The notes beneath the pieces were generated by a model. That model made no database searches. It was not told the origin of the DNA and worked only from the letters and a program-made list of their open reading frames with translations. DNA of 64,000 nt from Lama glama (Eukaryota). Shown here in pieces: positions 1 to 13,269 of this stretch. The stretch lies in NCBI GenBank assembly GCA_028534125.1, contig CM052842.1:3782001-3846000 (forward strand), read 5' to 3'. The translations under genes were made by a program, and so were the position numbers. Positions within the stretch are counted from its first letter, which is position 1. Each line of letters starts with the position of its first letter.

Positions 1-40
1 CAGCCGCGGAGACCCGGGCGTTGGGGCTGCTGGCCCTCCT
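1..40 (+). CDS. COL22A1: COL22A1 exon, 5'-truncated by window edge: (G)SRGDPGVGAAGPP
   Basis: c agc cgc gga gac ccg ggc gtt ggg gct gct ggc cct cct | GTGAGT donor at 41. Confidence 0.9.
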
Positions 41-2554
41 GTGAGTCCTTACTCATCCAGCACTTCCTTGCTTTCAGGGCACACAGTCGTTCCGTGCTGG
101 CTCCCAAGGGAAGGTGCTGCCTCGGCCCTACTGCAGGGACACTCCTTGTCCAGCTAACGCAGTGGCGGCCCCTGATGTCTGCTCAGTCAGGGTGTAGGCC
201 TGTCCACAGTGGCTGGTGTTGTTACTAAAACTTGGTGTACTTCTTATGGGAATAAGGTTTGTGGGGAGACCAAGACATGTCTGATTCAAAGAGGAGTGAG
301 AGAACAAAAGTCGTTAAAATTGAAAAAGAAAAAAGGGCTCACTGACCAAACTTTGCAAAACCTGAGTCATAGCCAGTGAACTGGGACTGGCTGGGGAGGG
401 GTGTGATGTGGGAGAAGCAGCATGCTTGCATGCGTTTCAGGCAGAAACGAGTTCATGACCCCTCGTCCTCCAGTTAACATACAGATGAGAACACAGAATC
501 AAGAAAGGCTTTTATCCCCAGTGATGGGGTCTCCTCACTGGCAGTTCTGAACCCCCTACACCCGCCCACTGGGGTGAGCTGGCAGACTCCCCAGAGGGCT
601 GCAGCCTGGCGTGGCCCTGCCATCATTTCACCGGTCTCTCCATGTCCCAGTCCACTCCCTGAGGGTTCATCTACCGAGCCCTTCCTCGGGAAGCCGGGCC
701 ACCTCCCGCTCCAGAGCCACCCAATGTCGCCCATGAAATATGCTCCTACCCGAGTGATGCCACTGGAAAAGTGATTGGCTGGCTCCAGCCAAGAGGCTGT
801 AAATCAACTGTTCAGTGTCCTTCCTCCACCTCAGTTATTAAAAGCTTCCGTGGTGGGTGAAACCTTATTGAATTTTCATAAATCCTGTCTTTGGCCAGTA
901 GCCTAGGCTGCTTCCTAATGGCCCGGCCATCTGCGATGAGGGTTCAGGGCTGTGCTGCGAGCAGGCATGCGGAGACGGTGGAGGAGGGCGAGGGCGGACG
1001 TGAGTTCGGACGGGAAGCAGGGCCCATTTGCAGGAGGCCTGCCGTTTGCTGAGTGCTGAGGGCTGAGTCCAGAAGCATCCACACGCTCAGTCCTCCAGGC
1101 CTGTGAAAGCTGGTTTGCTCCTTGGTGAAGGCTGGGATTCTACAGAAGCATCTCCTGAGAACAGGATTCAAGGACAAGGAGTCTGTTTGGGAAAGTAGCT
1201 CAGCCATCACCCCTCCGGGAGAGGCAGCCTCCAGTGGCACCTGCCCCCCTCCACCCTGGAGACCGATTGGTGCAGACATAGAGCTGTGCTGAGAAAGGGG
1301 TGACACAGCGGGGGCTTGTGTGCCAGCTGCTGTTGGGCGTGGGTCGCACACAGCCCTGGGGAGCTGCCCTGCACGCCGGCCGAACGTCCCCTTGTGGCTA
1401 CAGGAAGCCCTGGGCAGCACCTGCAGCAAGCAGCTGCCTGGTGGGAGCGTGCCCAGGGAGTTAGGAGGGGCCCCCGATGGTGTCTGCTTCATCAGCGTCT
1501 TCCAGGTAAACATTCTGAGGTTCAGAAGGTGAAGTGACTTGGCCGATGTCCCGTAGCTGGGCCAGGGCCAGGGCTGGGACACAGAGCTCTTCCTACCTCC
1601 TCCAAAGTCAGGTCTCTTCCTCTGTTTCACCTCGCCTGTGGCTGCGGCAGGACGGGCAGGAGTGTTCATTTCTGTCACATTCTCACGTTGAGGATGGAGT
1701 CTCCTCGTCCTTCCTTCCGTGGTGCTCTGCCTACTCCAGGGCCTCTGGCTTCCTGTAGCAGCACCGACTCCCTGGGAGGGAGCCCAGGGCTTTCGCTGCC
1801 AGTGCTGTGCACATCACCGCGCAGGGGTGTGGACGGGGAGGCCGTTCTTTGGTGTTTTGGCCTCCCGTCCAAGATGTTAACCAAAAAATCCCTTTAATCT
1901 TCAGATGCCTCTGATCTTCCTTAAGCAGCGTCCGAAATGCTTGAAAATGACCCAGTTCCGCCTGAGGGCAGATCTAAGCGCCAGAGACCCCCGCTGACCC
2001 TCGGAGCCTAAGGTCTGCAAGGGCAGGGCTCCTTCTGGCAGCCTGCGTCGGTCTGAGCAGTGGTTTCCTCGTGGGCCAGCGGGGTGGGGGGGACTACAAC
2101 GTGGTAATATCGCCGGAGACACCTGGTGCCCTGCCTCTGACCTTCGGGTGTCATGAGAGTCCTCCCCCGACACCTCCCTCAGCCTTTGCCACCTAAAATT
2201 GCCCTTCCTCTCTCCAGGCCTTTGCCTCCCGCTCTGAGATCACTTGCTCTGGCAGCTTGCTTTGCTCAGGCACTGAGGGTCCCCATACAGACGCCACCAG
2301 CCCTTAGGAGCCCTGCGGCCTGGCAGAGGACAGAAGCTTGGAGCTGAGCATGTGCAGTAACACACATCAGCCCCCCGAGGGGGGTGGCTTCCACTGCCCC
2401 TCTTCCCGGGAGTGACAGAAATGAAAGCCACTGAAAGCTGCAGTGACCGTGATCACAGCTCGCGTCGCCCCTCCGCGCAGGGCAGCGCGTCTGTCTCCTC
2501 ATTTAGCTCATGGGCGCCCTCTCATTTACTTCTCCCAGCAGCCCTCCCAGGCAG

Positions 2555-2675
2555 CTCCTAGTCTCCCTTTCATTTTACAAATGAGGAAAAGCACTTAAGA
2601 GATGTGGCGCTTGCCTGAAGTCACAGCTGGGACGTGGAGGAGCGAGGACTGGGTGCCAGCATTCTAGCTCTGAGC
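2555..2675 (-). mobile_element. MIR SINE fragment
   Basis: cattttacaaatgaggaaa...cttgcctgaagtcacagctgg MIR core. Confidence 0.7.
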
Positions 2676-3589
2676 AGGCACCCAGAGGACGGAAGTTCGC
2701 GTTTATACGGCCCTTCCTGGTGCCGGCGTCGTCCCCACGCAGCCTGCCCCTCAGCTGTGACCCGCAAGCCCAGCAGCTGCCTGCGTCCCTGTCTCATCTG
2801 CCGGCTCAGTCCGATTCCCTCGGTTCTAAGAGCCAGGGAGCCCCCTGCTGGCCCAGGAATGAGACTGAGCAGTTTCCCTTCGACAGGGGCACGTGCAGCC
2901 AAGCAGCCCCACCGGCCGGGCTGCTGCGGGACACCCGGTGTCTCTCAGTGGTTACGCCCCGGCCGACACCCGGGGCCTGGGCAGGCTTCATTCGCTGACT
3001 TGGGCTCTTGTCCTGTTCCACGCACGGAGCCAGATCCCGGGGGGCTCGGGGTGGGGGCGCAGCACAGACCCCAGGGCAGGGCAGGGCTCCGTGTATAACC
3101 AGCAGCTCGGTATCCCCACCGTGGCTTTTAGTCCCGGGATTCTTCTGCTGATGGAAAGGAAAAGGATTTTAAATAAGTTCCTACTCTCACTTCTGGTTGG
3201 GAACTCTCTATCTCAGCACGGCCTTTGGCTGCTCCTAGTAATAGTTCCGGAGGCACGCTGAGCGCCGTGCACGCCCTCCAGGCCCCTGCGAGGCCCGACG
3301 TGCCCTGGCTCACCCTCCCTGGGGTCCTGCGAGCTTGTGCTGGCATCATCTCTGGCTCACAAATGAGGGGGCCCAGAAGCGGGCCTGGCTCACGTGGCTA
3401 AGCCACCCCAGAGCCCAGCACAGAGCCCGGTACCCTGCGCCCTTCAGGAAAAAGACGTGGGGATAAAATGCACTGTGTTCTCAGATAGCTGTCCGTCGGA
3501 GTTATGGGGCGAGGGGGTCAGCTTTCAAATTTCTCTCAATATAAACTGCAGTTCTTTAGTTGACAAAAGAAGACTTATTTTATTGTTTG

Positions 3590-4380
3590 GTCTCACAGAG
3601 CTTCCCACGGTCTGGACTTAGCTCGTGGACCAGTTTAGCCCGCTGCTGTGTCCGTGTGTTTCTTACCCATCCGTACATGGGCCTCAAGGCTAGATGACTC
3701 AGGTTTGATCTCTTTGGCAAGAGTTCACAGAGGGTGTGTTCTTCCACAGGAAGCATAGGATGTCTGGGGGGCTCTTGTTGTGAAGTTCACACCCTTTGAT
3801 GTCCAGAGCTTAGATCGCTTAGCGCATCAAGACTTGCAAATTGATGCTATTCTGGTTCAATCGGTTCCTTTTTATGTGTTAGTTAGAATATTTCTATACA
3901 GAAAAGACGCTCCGTCGTTTGGATTTGGATACCCAGTGGGACAGTCCGCGTGGAAGGCAGAATAGAAGAGCTGGTCTTTGCCTTTTGATTATTTTCAAGT
4001 AACGACTTGAAAATCTTACAAAGATGGCATCTTGCAAAGATGATGGATGAGGCGGTTTTGTTTTCTGTCAGTCATTCCAAACTCCTGGATTTAAACACGT
4101 TTGATCTGATTTAATGTTGCAGGTGTTCTTCCTTTTGATGCTCAGATTGTCGTATTTTAGGCAGACGGGAGCCCATGCAGGTTGACCCGAAGTGTTTCTG
4201 ACACCAGCCCAGCAGCCGCTGACGGTGTCCTTGCTCTGTGGAAGGACAGGATGTCCCGATCCGTTTCTGTTCCTCACCCAGATCTGGGGTCAGTCGTCTC
4301 TCCAAGGCGCTGTAGTTCCTTTTAGTGGAAATGGTATCAAAGACCAAAATACGTGTTTTAGGTAATGCGACTCCTGAGCA
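3590..4380 (-). mobile_element. Ancient L1 (L1MC4/5-like) 3' fragment
   Basis: ...tctccaaggcgctgtagttccttttagtggaaatggtat... resembles L1MC 3' UTR consensus as recalled. Confidence 0.5.
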
Positions 4381-6320
4381 AACCCATCAGAGGGTGTAAT
4401 CTTGGAACAGAGGGTTGTTAGTCTTGAAAACATGCCCAGGCTTCGGATTTAGGAAGGGCATCGATCGGGAAGCCACCCTGCGACCCCTCCTCCACAACAC
4501 ACTCCTCTGTCTCCTCAAAGTATAGCAGCAACTGCCGCGGGAGTGCCTCTCACGGGCCAGGCTCTGGGCTGGTTCTCTCCTTAGGTGTGTCCTCTTACTT
4601 CTGATCACACGAAGCGAGGGGCTCGCCAGCTCTGTGTCAGGATCGGGCAGACTGAAGTGCGGAGAGACTGAGGCCAAACAGCCGATAACTGGCAAAGCTA
4701 AGATTTGATAGGAGGACTTTTTTGACAACAAAACCCACCCTTTACCTGTAGATTTTATATCAAATGACATAAGAGAGGGATTCGGAGTTCAGTCTAATGA
4801 AACAATTAAACTCTGGAGATGGATCGTTGGGTTTAATTTGGAAACAGGAGGTGCCAGCAATAGACCATCGCTCTGCCACGTCCTTGGGGATAAGTGTGCA
4901 GTCTCCGTAAGGAACGACTGTGAAAGGAACGGAATTCGGACGTGTGCGCCCTGGCCCCTGCATCCCGCTGGCCTACGACTTGACAGAGCAGTGGGAACTA
5001 ACGGGGAGAAGGGACGTGTGAGTCATGTGGACCCCAGGGGGGTTCTGAGTCCATTTTCTTACCTGCTTGGCTTAGGCCTCTTGAGGTGTCCCCTACCTTC
5101 TTGAGTGCTCAGCTGTGCACTTAAAATGCTTGTTTTATTCTGTCAGGCAGCTCTGGGACACATGAGACGGGCAGGCTTTTAGGTGTCCTGGTCTGTTGCG
5201 CTGCCGGAAGCCTGTGCCTTGGTCTGAAATCTCTCCTCCCTCTTGGGATGCCCTCGGGAGTTCTCACGGGCCCTGCCACAGGGGCACACAGATGCACTGG
5301 GCTGCGAGCTGGTGGTGGGGCTGACGCCCCTGGCGAGTGACTCTGATGTGGCTTGGGCAGGTCCTTTGTCTCCTTCAGGCCTTTGACCATCAGTGAAAAG
5401 GAAGGGTGATAATAAGTGATTTTCAAGTTCTCTTCATACCATCCAATTGTAAGTTTAGTGGAGTGCCGTCCGTTTGCTGTGCTCTGCTGTGTCCGGACGA
5501 CACACGGGGCTGTGCTGAGGACTGGAGGGAGCACGTGAGCACGGAGCTGAGTGCCCCCAAGGCAGCGCATGGTCCATTCAGCAGAGGGCACAGAAGGGCC
5601 AGGAACACTGGGTGGTCCATCCTAAACAGGGTGCACCCGGGGGCTAGAGACCACTTCTAACCAGCCTCCTCGGGGAGGCCAGGGATGACTTTCCTAGGGT
5701 GCTGACATCTAAATTGAGAACCAGATGTGACCAGGCAGAGAGGCAGAGCACAGTGCAGCAAAGACTCAGGGCAGGGACAGTCCTCTCACTGCAGGACCTG
5801 GAACTGTAACACTAATGTCACAAGAAGGAATGCATGTTAAGTGCAAAATCTGGAAGCCGAATCATAGGCTGGTCACACTTGAAGGATGACAGATCCATAC
5901 CTGTGTGTGTGTGTGTGCATGTGTGACCCACGTGCAGGAGTGAGGAGGGACACCGTGCAGCATCAGGCAAGCAGGCCACCCAGGGAGTCTGGTCCTGAGT
6001 GCCGCCCCCCCCCCCATCCCGAGCAGGAATACAGCATGAGGATGTTGGGATGCTGGGTCCCAGAGCTAGACACGGGCCCAGTGCGTGCCAGGAGGGGGTG
6101 GCACCAGTTCAGTGGCAAATGCAGAAGGTTCCAGTGAAATCTCCATGTGCAGCATCAGTGGGCGGTGGTGAGAGGGTGTGACCCTGTGGCTTAAAGGTGG
6201 GAGGAGGTCAGCTGTTCCTTTTAGGACAATTAAAGACCAAGCTCAGAAGTAGGCACTGCAGCATGTTCACGTAACTACCCCATTTCCATTTCGCTTGCTC
6301 ACCTGTTTGTTTGCTTTTAG

Positions 6321-6356
6321 GGCCCTTCTGGACCGCCAGGAGAGAAAGGGCCTCCG
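6321..6356 (+). CDS. COL22A1: COL22A1 exon, 36 nt: GPSGPPGEKGPP
   Basis: ttgcttttAG acceptor, four Gly-X-Y triplets, GTACAG donor, phase 0/0. Confidence 0.92.
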
Positions 6357-7222
6357 GTACAGTATGATTTAAATACGGGGCTGGGTTTTGAGGGCGGAAA
6401 TTATGTTCTAATGAAAGCGGTTTTAAATTGGAGTGTCCAGAAGGCAGACGAGTTTCAAAAAAATCCCTAACATGAAACTGGGCAAAGTCTCCAAAATGTG
6501 AGCCCTGACCTATGGGCTGGCGGAGTCTCCCAGGGCCGGGAGCGTGCGCGGTGCTGGGCGGGCGGAGGCTGCCTTTGCTCCCCGCCGTCTCTGCTTCCAG
6601 ACGGGCAGTCGTGGTTTAAGGAGCGTAATCAACCTGCCCGAGGAGCTAGCTGTGCATCGTGGCTTCCCCACCCCAGCCGCGCAGCCACGAGCAGGGGAGG
6701 GCTCCCTTAGCCTGGAAGGCGGGGGAAGAGGCGGGGAAGTGCCCCAGGAAGTCAGATCCTTCATGAGATGATTTGTGCCAATTTCTGGTACTGTCTGGAA
6801 ATTTTCAGCAGAATGAAAATGATTTTCCTATAAAAAATAATCACCGTCAGCTGCGTGCTGAGCTCTGTGCTGGGCCGGTCCCCCAGCCCCCGGGGCCGGT
6901 TATCCACACGGCGCAGGGGGGTGGGCAGGACCAGAGCTCAGGCCCGTTTCGCTGCAGGAGCTGCCTCTCCACTCCAGAAAGCTGCCTGGGCAGTCCGGCT
7001 CACAGGGAGGGCTTTCCAGAGCGTCCCCAGGTGCACTTGGCGTGTCCACCTGCATATGCGCAGTAAAGTGTGTGACTCTGACCCGCCTGCTCCCTGGCAC
7101 ACCCATTACATCAGCTTCCCCAGAGCAGCAGGCCGTCTGTGCAAGGAGAGCCCCCCCAGGGAAGGCGGCACTTGTTTTGCTTAAACTGATGGGGGGGGGT
7201 GTCATCTTCTCTTTTTCTTCAG

Positions 7223-7276
7223 GGATCTCGAGGCCCCCCTGGATTCCCAGGCCCCCAGGGACCAGCCGGCCAGGAT
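7223..7276 (+). CDS. COL22A1: COL22A1 exon, 54 nt: GSRGPPGFPGPQGPAGQD
   Basis: ctttttcttcAG acceptor, six triplets, GTGAGT donor. Confidence 0.95.
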
Positions 7277-8452
7277 GTGAGTAAAGGCGGCAGTGCAGGC
7301 CAGTCCAGGTCCTCCAGACCCCCCGGGAGCCCCCTCCGCTGTCTCCGGCCTCCTGGAACCAGGACACCCCGGGAGGAGCTGTCCTGCCCCACTAACCCCT
7401 GCCCCTTTCCCGTGTTTTCTTCTTCTGTTCGTTGTGACTCACAATCTTGTATTGCCTAGTTTCACTTCTCTTGCTTTTGTGTTATGCTTTCAGAAACCTG
7501 TAAGCTCCTGGGTACCCCATCACTGTCTCCTGTCATTTTGTCAGTGTTCTTACATACCTAGCTGGTCAGTTCTGCTCAAATCAGGCACGAGCTTCTCCAT
7601 GGACTTGTTCCCAACCTGTCCCTGTAAGGGCTTCTCCCTTCAAGGGAGCTCTGCACACTCACCTGATGCTCACTGAGGACGTATGCCTCCCCACTTATGT
7701 GACAGTGTTAATCACCTCTCATCTTTATGGCCTGACTTTTGTTCAGTTAGATCTGAGCTCTAGAAGGTAGGAACCATGTGTCTCAGGTTTCCTTGATGCT
7801 TCACAGAGTGGCAGGTACACAGAAGTTGCTCCATACAGACTCCCTGAAACGGTTTAATGACGACCACGAGTCCTCATGGAGCAAAGACGTCTGGCGCCGC
7901 TATGCAGTGGTACTTGCTGCGTCCCTCCATCTTTCCATCTCTGTAGTTCGGCTTCACATAAGTAGGAACAATAAACTGTCCTCCCCTTCCCTTCCTTAAG
8001 TTCTGTTTCAGAGAAGAAAGTTGCCCTCTAAATCCCGCCTCCAAATGCTTGACTTTACCTGCCCCACTCGCAGGGTTACATTCTTACAGCCAGTTCAGCA
8101 GAAACCTCCTCTTTTTCAAAGCCACTCCTTCCACTTGTGTTTGGGAAAGGATGGAGACATTTGAGATAAATGTGTGTCCGTGCATGAGTTGTTTTGGGTT
8201 TTGTGTTTCGGATAGGAGCTAATAAGGGGAGTAGCTTACTGTTTGGAACATTTGCCACAGTTAAATATTTCCTGAGAAGCTTTGGGTATTCAGCTGAGAC
8301 TGGAAACCGTGAATTGTTACTGGTGCCAGTCTCCACGGTTGGGTTATTTTTTCCCCTGAGTTACAGATACAGATGCTGGGAGAGGGGGTGGACAGAGCGG
8401 ATCAGCATTATGTGCTTCGCACAGTTAATGTTTTCTTTCTTTCTTTTCTTAG

Positions 8453-8497
8453 GGTATACCAGGAAATCCAGGAGAGAGAGGGCCTCCTGGCAAACCA
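8453..8497 (+). CDS. COL22A1: COL22A1 exon, 45 nt: GIPGNPGERGPPGKP
   Basis: Long pyrimidine tract + AG, five triplets, GTATGT donor. Confidence 0.94.
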
Positions 8498-8532
8498 GTA
8501 TGTCATCTAACTGTTCTGAATGAATATTGACC

Positions 8533-8965
8533 ATCAGTCAGGGACCCAGCCAGAGTAAAATACAACTCGGATGGTCCCAGAGACTTTGAAAAGGGGGCTT
8601 TTTACAAAGCTGCGGGCAGAGGGAACTATTCAGAGATGCTGTGATGCTCAGAGATAAACCACAGAGATGCCAGTGCCACCTGCTGCTTATCTTCAGAGCA
8701 GAGAGAGAGGGTGGGGGGAAGGGGCTGCCAGATAGGAGCTGTGGTTGTGGGTTCAGAGCCATCGCAGGACGCCTGGCCACCGCCCACCCCCCGTACCCCC
8801 TCCCCAATCTCTTGCTGTGTGTCTCATTGGTCCAGCTCGCCTGTGGAGCAGGCAGCAGGCAGGCGAGCCTCGTGATACGTCCCCAGGGTGCAGCCTCCGG
8901 GGCCTGGGGGAGGACAGAGAAGGAAGGACGGTGTTTTGGGGTGAGCAGACGGGCAGTAGCAGTGT
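8533..8965. mobile_element. ERVL LTR, LTR33-like
   Basis: tcagtcagggaccc...tttacaaagctgcgggcag...ctcattggtccagc...cagcctccgggg follows the LTR33 layout as recalled. Confidence 0.5.
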
Positions 8966-10092
8966 TCATGGCAAGGTCCCGACCAGCCCTTGCCCTGCCC
9001 TTTAGTTCAGTAATGTCCGTACCTCTTGGTTTCCCCTCTTTGTAGTAAAAGAGACATTCTCTCCTCTCTCCCTGTGAGAGCAGCGATGCTGCAACAGGCT
9101 GAGCAGAAACGGACAGCCCTGAGTGTCTGGTCCCGGGCCGTGGGGCCGCGCTCCAGCCCGCAGTTCCTCGTGCGCGGTAGAGTCACCTTCTAGGAACACC
9201 CACCCCACCCCAATTAACTCAGCAACACCAGAGAAGCCCCAAAGGCTCCGCCGAGGAACCAGGCACAGGGCGGCCCTCCCGGGGAGGGATGATGAAGAGG
9301 GACAGGTCTGGGTGAGCGAGGAGGCAGCGTGAGGATACAGGAGAAACGAGTCCACTGAAAGGTGCTACCCGAGGTGGGAGAGACGGTGGCAGTCACGACT
9401 CGGGAGGCTCAGGCCTCAAGGCTGCTTTCAGAAACCATTATGCAGAATCTTCACTGCAAGATGGATCTGAAAGGCCATCCGGCTCCTCTGTGAGCCTGGC
9501 TGCTGCAAGTTTCAGACAAGGACCCAAGGCACGGGGCCCCCAAGGCTTGAGCCTCTCTGCCTTCGGGGCCCAGGCTACGGGGCACATCAGAGACCCCGAG
9601 GGGTGGCCTGGTCCTCCTCGAAGGGTCCTGAGACCGTTCCCTGAAGGCCTTCTAGCGGGAGGAGTGAAAAGTCCTGCTGGAGGGTAGGGACAGCTTACTC
9701 ACACCCTCCTCCTCTTCTGTGGAGTCAGATTTACAGCAGCCAAATTAACCTCACAGAATCCACCTCGTTACCCAAGTGCAAGGCCCTGGTGCAGCGGCTG
9801 GAAGAGGAAGGTTCAGACCAGAGGCTGAAGAGGGTTCAGACGACTCCTGCCAAGTCTAGACCCTGACACCCCTGCCAAGAGAATTAAGCCAGCAGCGTCC
9901 AGCTGGCAGTGTGGACTAACCGTGACGTCTGACAGCTGGTCACCGGCAGAGCAGACTGAGAGAAGTAGAGACAGACAGAGAGGAGGTCTGTTTTTGACCA
10001 CCTTCAAATTCACTGCACACACAAACCCCCCGGATGGTCCCAGGGACGGCAGGGGAGCCCTCAGGGTCTCTATCTCACTAATCGGATGAGTC

Positions 10093-10663
10093 ATGTTTTC
10101 AGGGGTCCCAAGACTCCCCTCAGGCTCTCTGACTCACCAGGAGGACTCCAGGACTCAGGAGAGCGCCTCCACTCGGGACTGTGGTTTCTCACAGAGAAAG
10201 GATGCAGGTGAAGGTCAGCACAGGGGCGAGATGCTTAGGGCAGCGTCCCTGAGCGACGAGGCCCCTCCCCCAGGGAGCCGGCGCGGGCAGCCCTCGCTCC
10301 TCCTGGCGCTCACATGTCAGCAGAGGCACGTGGGTGACAAGTGCTCTGGAAAGCACCAAGTGTCGCCACTGAGGGTCGCTCCCCCAAACCTTGGTGTGCA
10401 GGTCACGTAGACGTGGCGAGCCTGCACGGCTGGCCTTGGTCTCCGTCTCCAGCCCTCCCAGGGGCCAGACTGATACCCCATGGCCCAGGCCCCCGCCATA
10501 GGTTTGGTCGTTAGCATAAGCCACCTGCCCGGCCCAAGACCCTGGCGAACAGAGGCACTCTTCTCAGGCAGGGCGTTCGTTAGGAGCCAGCAAGGGCCGA
10601 GCCTTTGTTTGGCACGGGCAGGGTTTGGGCAGCCCAGGCCTTCTGAGTTACCCCTTCCTGCAG
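10093..10663. mobile_element. ERVL LTR, MER77/MER68-like
   Basis: ggggtcccaagactcccctcagg...ggactcagga...ggtcacgtag...gcagggtttgggcagcccaggccttctgagttacccctt. Confidence 0.55.
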
Positions 10664-10744
10664 CCATCACCCCTCGGTGGAGATGGGGGCCCAGAGTGTC
10701 TCTCCAGCCTTGCGCCCAGGGAATTCCCGCGCCAGGAGCCCCCT

Positions 10745-11010
10745 TGCTGGGCTTGGTTCTCCAGAAGCAGAGCCTCTGGTGGGGATTCCCGTGCCAGCGA
10801 GTGAGCCAGGGGAGCCCTGCCGGGGTTGGAGAAAGCAGGACGGGATAGCGGAAAGGTAGTCAAGGATGTGGGTTCAGCGTGAATCTGCCCTCAGCCTGAT
10901 CCCGTGGGGAGCTCAGGTGTGGACGGCACCGCACAACTGGCCCATCTTGAGTCAAGAAGCTGCCCCTCTTCACCTCTGGGTCAGTCCGTAGTGGGCTGTG
11001 TGACCTCCCC
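10745..11010. mobile_element. ERVL LTR, LTR16-like
   Basis: ccagaagcagagcct...caaggatgtgggttcagc...ctcagcctgatcccgtggggagctc. Confidence 0.55.
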
Positions 11011-12852
11011 GGCCTTCCCGGCTGGCGCTCCAGGCAGCTGGCGGTACCCGGGAGGGGAGAAGGAGCCAGCAGGGCGCGGGCGCGGACTTCTGCACCCCAG
11101 CGCTTCCCGCTGCTGATTCCCTGCGCTCAGCATCCACCCGCCAGGTGGGGCCCGCTCCTCAGAGGCGAGCACGGCACTCCGCTCTGCATCCTGTGTCCAC
11201 GTTCAGGAGGCCACCGTCCCCGCACCGGCCTTGCTCCTGTGTATCCAGACCTATCTTGTGGGGCCTACAGAAGGGGGTCACAACAGACGTTAATTATCTC
11301 CAAGGCCACGCTGCCCCTGGACAGAAATTCACCCCTCGTTCTCTCTCCTTTTGAAACTGACGTCCAGCCCTGCTGCTCACTCTAATTATACAAAGGGTTT
11401 ACGTGACAACATAAAAATGTCCCAAAGAACACAGTGCCAGCACTGTGAAAAGTGTCCCAGTTTGGACTGTATGATTCATGTTACTAACTTCCCAGGGAAA
11501 ATAAAAAACTTCAGAAGGAAACCCCTCCGCCCCCTTTTAAAGTTCTAATCGATCAGCATTGCACAGGTCAGCCTTCCTCCCGAGGGTCGGTCTCAGGTAA
11601 CTGAGGACACTCTCGGTTTCGTCTTCAGCAGTTGTGACCTAAGTGAGCTCTCCCTGCAGGGCTGGTCGTCCCTTCAGCACGTCCAGACCCGACTCCAGCC
11701 CCGGCCTCTCCTGGGCCTCCTACCCTTGTGGTAGTCGGGGGGGTTGGTCGAACACTTGAGCAAACAGACGTACGCCCAGCCTCTGCCGAGTTATCCTGCA
11801 CAAACATACCCAAAGCCGCTGTCACATGGCTCTATTTAGCTGCAGGATGCGGCAGGAGCCCTGTGGGGTCAGGAGAGGAGGCAGCCAGGAAAACAGTCTT
11901 GGTTTCAGCCTCCGTAAGGCGCTAGACTGGACTCATACTTCATTAACCAGAACTCAGATTTATTCAGAAGAAATCAGCCACCAGCAGTCCGAGTGTGGCC
12001 GCAGGCTCCCCCATTCTAGAGGAATGTCGACCCCTTCCCTCTGGAGAACGGGTTCTCCGGGACTCCTTTTCCAGTACAAAATTTAGAAGTTTGCAAAGTA
12101 GCACGCCAGCCTCCAGTTCTTCTGAGAATCCTTTCTTCCCTTTAGGGTTTGCCTTTTAATTTCCATTTTCCTTCCCAGCTTTGTGTCCCTTACACCCCAG
12201 TATGAACCCAGCCCTCCATTCCATCTTGGGCTCCAGGTTGGCCCCATCGTGATGTACCACATCCCAGCTCACCGTTGTGAACGTGAATTCAGTGACCTGC
12301 AGACCCCGCACTCCTTCAGAGGCTCTGCGATTACGCCTGACTTCTGAAATCTTTCTGAAGTTAGAGACTTCTGACTCGTGATGACGAATGAAGTTCAAAA
12401 TGCTGTTTTACCTGGGACAGCTAAAGAAGTTACTTGAAATTCATACTAGATTGTGAATGACTGATAGTGACAGCTGTTACCCATCTGGGGAATACAGGAG
12501 GGTCGGCCCCCTTTGTCTTCTACAGTACCCATAGGACCTGTTGGTGTAGAGGGCAGTGTGGAGGAGGGACCACCAGGAGAAGAGAAGGGACCAGTGCAGG
12601 GAGCCTGGGGACCAGAAAGGCTGATGTTAGCTAGACTCAGGACCGGCAGTCTGTGCAGTCGCTGGCTCAGCGGAGTCTTCCCGTGGCTCCCGGCGTGGGG
12701 TGTGGACCGGGCTGCTTGCATCCTGTGCATGGTGTGGCCATGTCACGTGGCACAGCTTGCACTGTGAAGGCTGCGCACTGCCTGGAGGAGCACAGGGTAT
12801 ACAGAGTGTGGGCATGTGTGTATGTCTGTATTTATTTATTTTTCTTTGACAG

Positions 12853-12900
12853 GGACCCTCTCCACTACTGTCTCCAGGGGACGTAAATCTCTTGGTTAAG
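12853..12900 (+). CDS. COL22A1: COL22A1 exon, 48 nt, non-collagenous interruption: GPSPLLSPGDVNLLVK
   Basis: tttctttgacAG acceptor, AAG|GTAAAA donor; resembles recalled human GLSSLLSPGDINLLAK. Confidence 0.92.
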
Positions 12901-13061
12901 GTAAAATCATAAAATAAATGTGCATGCGTTGTGAAACTGGTCTTGAGGGGATTGGGGATTTCAGTAACGTGCTCTTTTTTGTGTCTGAACCACTGTGTTA
13001 AGAATATTAACAGTATTAGCAACACTGGCTGAGACCTCACCGTGTGTCAGCGATGGGCTAA

Positions 13062-13269
13062 ATGCACTGTCCAGGGCAGCAGCCACTGGCCACGTGTGTC
13101 AATTTAAATTTAAGATAACTAAAATTAAGTGCAATGAACAGTTCCAGTCCTCGGTCGCACTAGTCGCATTCCAAGTACTTAATCACCACACGTGGCTAGT
13201 GGCTGTTTCACAGGACAGTGCAGATACGGAGGATTTCTGTCGTCGCAGAAGGTCCTCTGGGCAGGGCTG
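13062..13269 (-). mobile_element. MER3 (hAT-Charlie DNA transposon MITE)
   Basis: Internal palindrome agccactggccacgtg...cacgtggctagtggct around an AT-rich core, with ctgtcc/ggacag ends. Confidence 0.75.

Noticed and set aside
944-1678. 244-aa minus-strand ORF, and similar long ORFs at 33511-34338, 33908-34684, 44603-45253, 48205-48810 and 54498-55184
   Set aside because: No recognisable domains and Pro/Gly/Ala/Arg-biased composition. Long open frames are expected in GC-rich intronic or UTR DNA, and several overlap repeats.
12534-12621. Collagen-like reading GPVGVEGSVEEGPPGEEKGPVQGAWGPER near an AG
   Set aside because: The Gly periodicity breaks repeatedly, there is no good donor, and no residues are missing between the exons at 8497 and 12853. 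Probably chance in purine-rich sequence.
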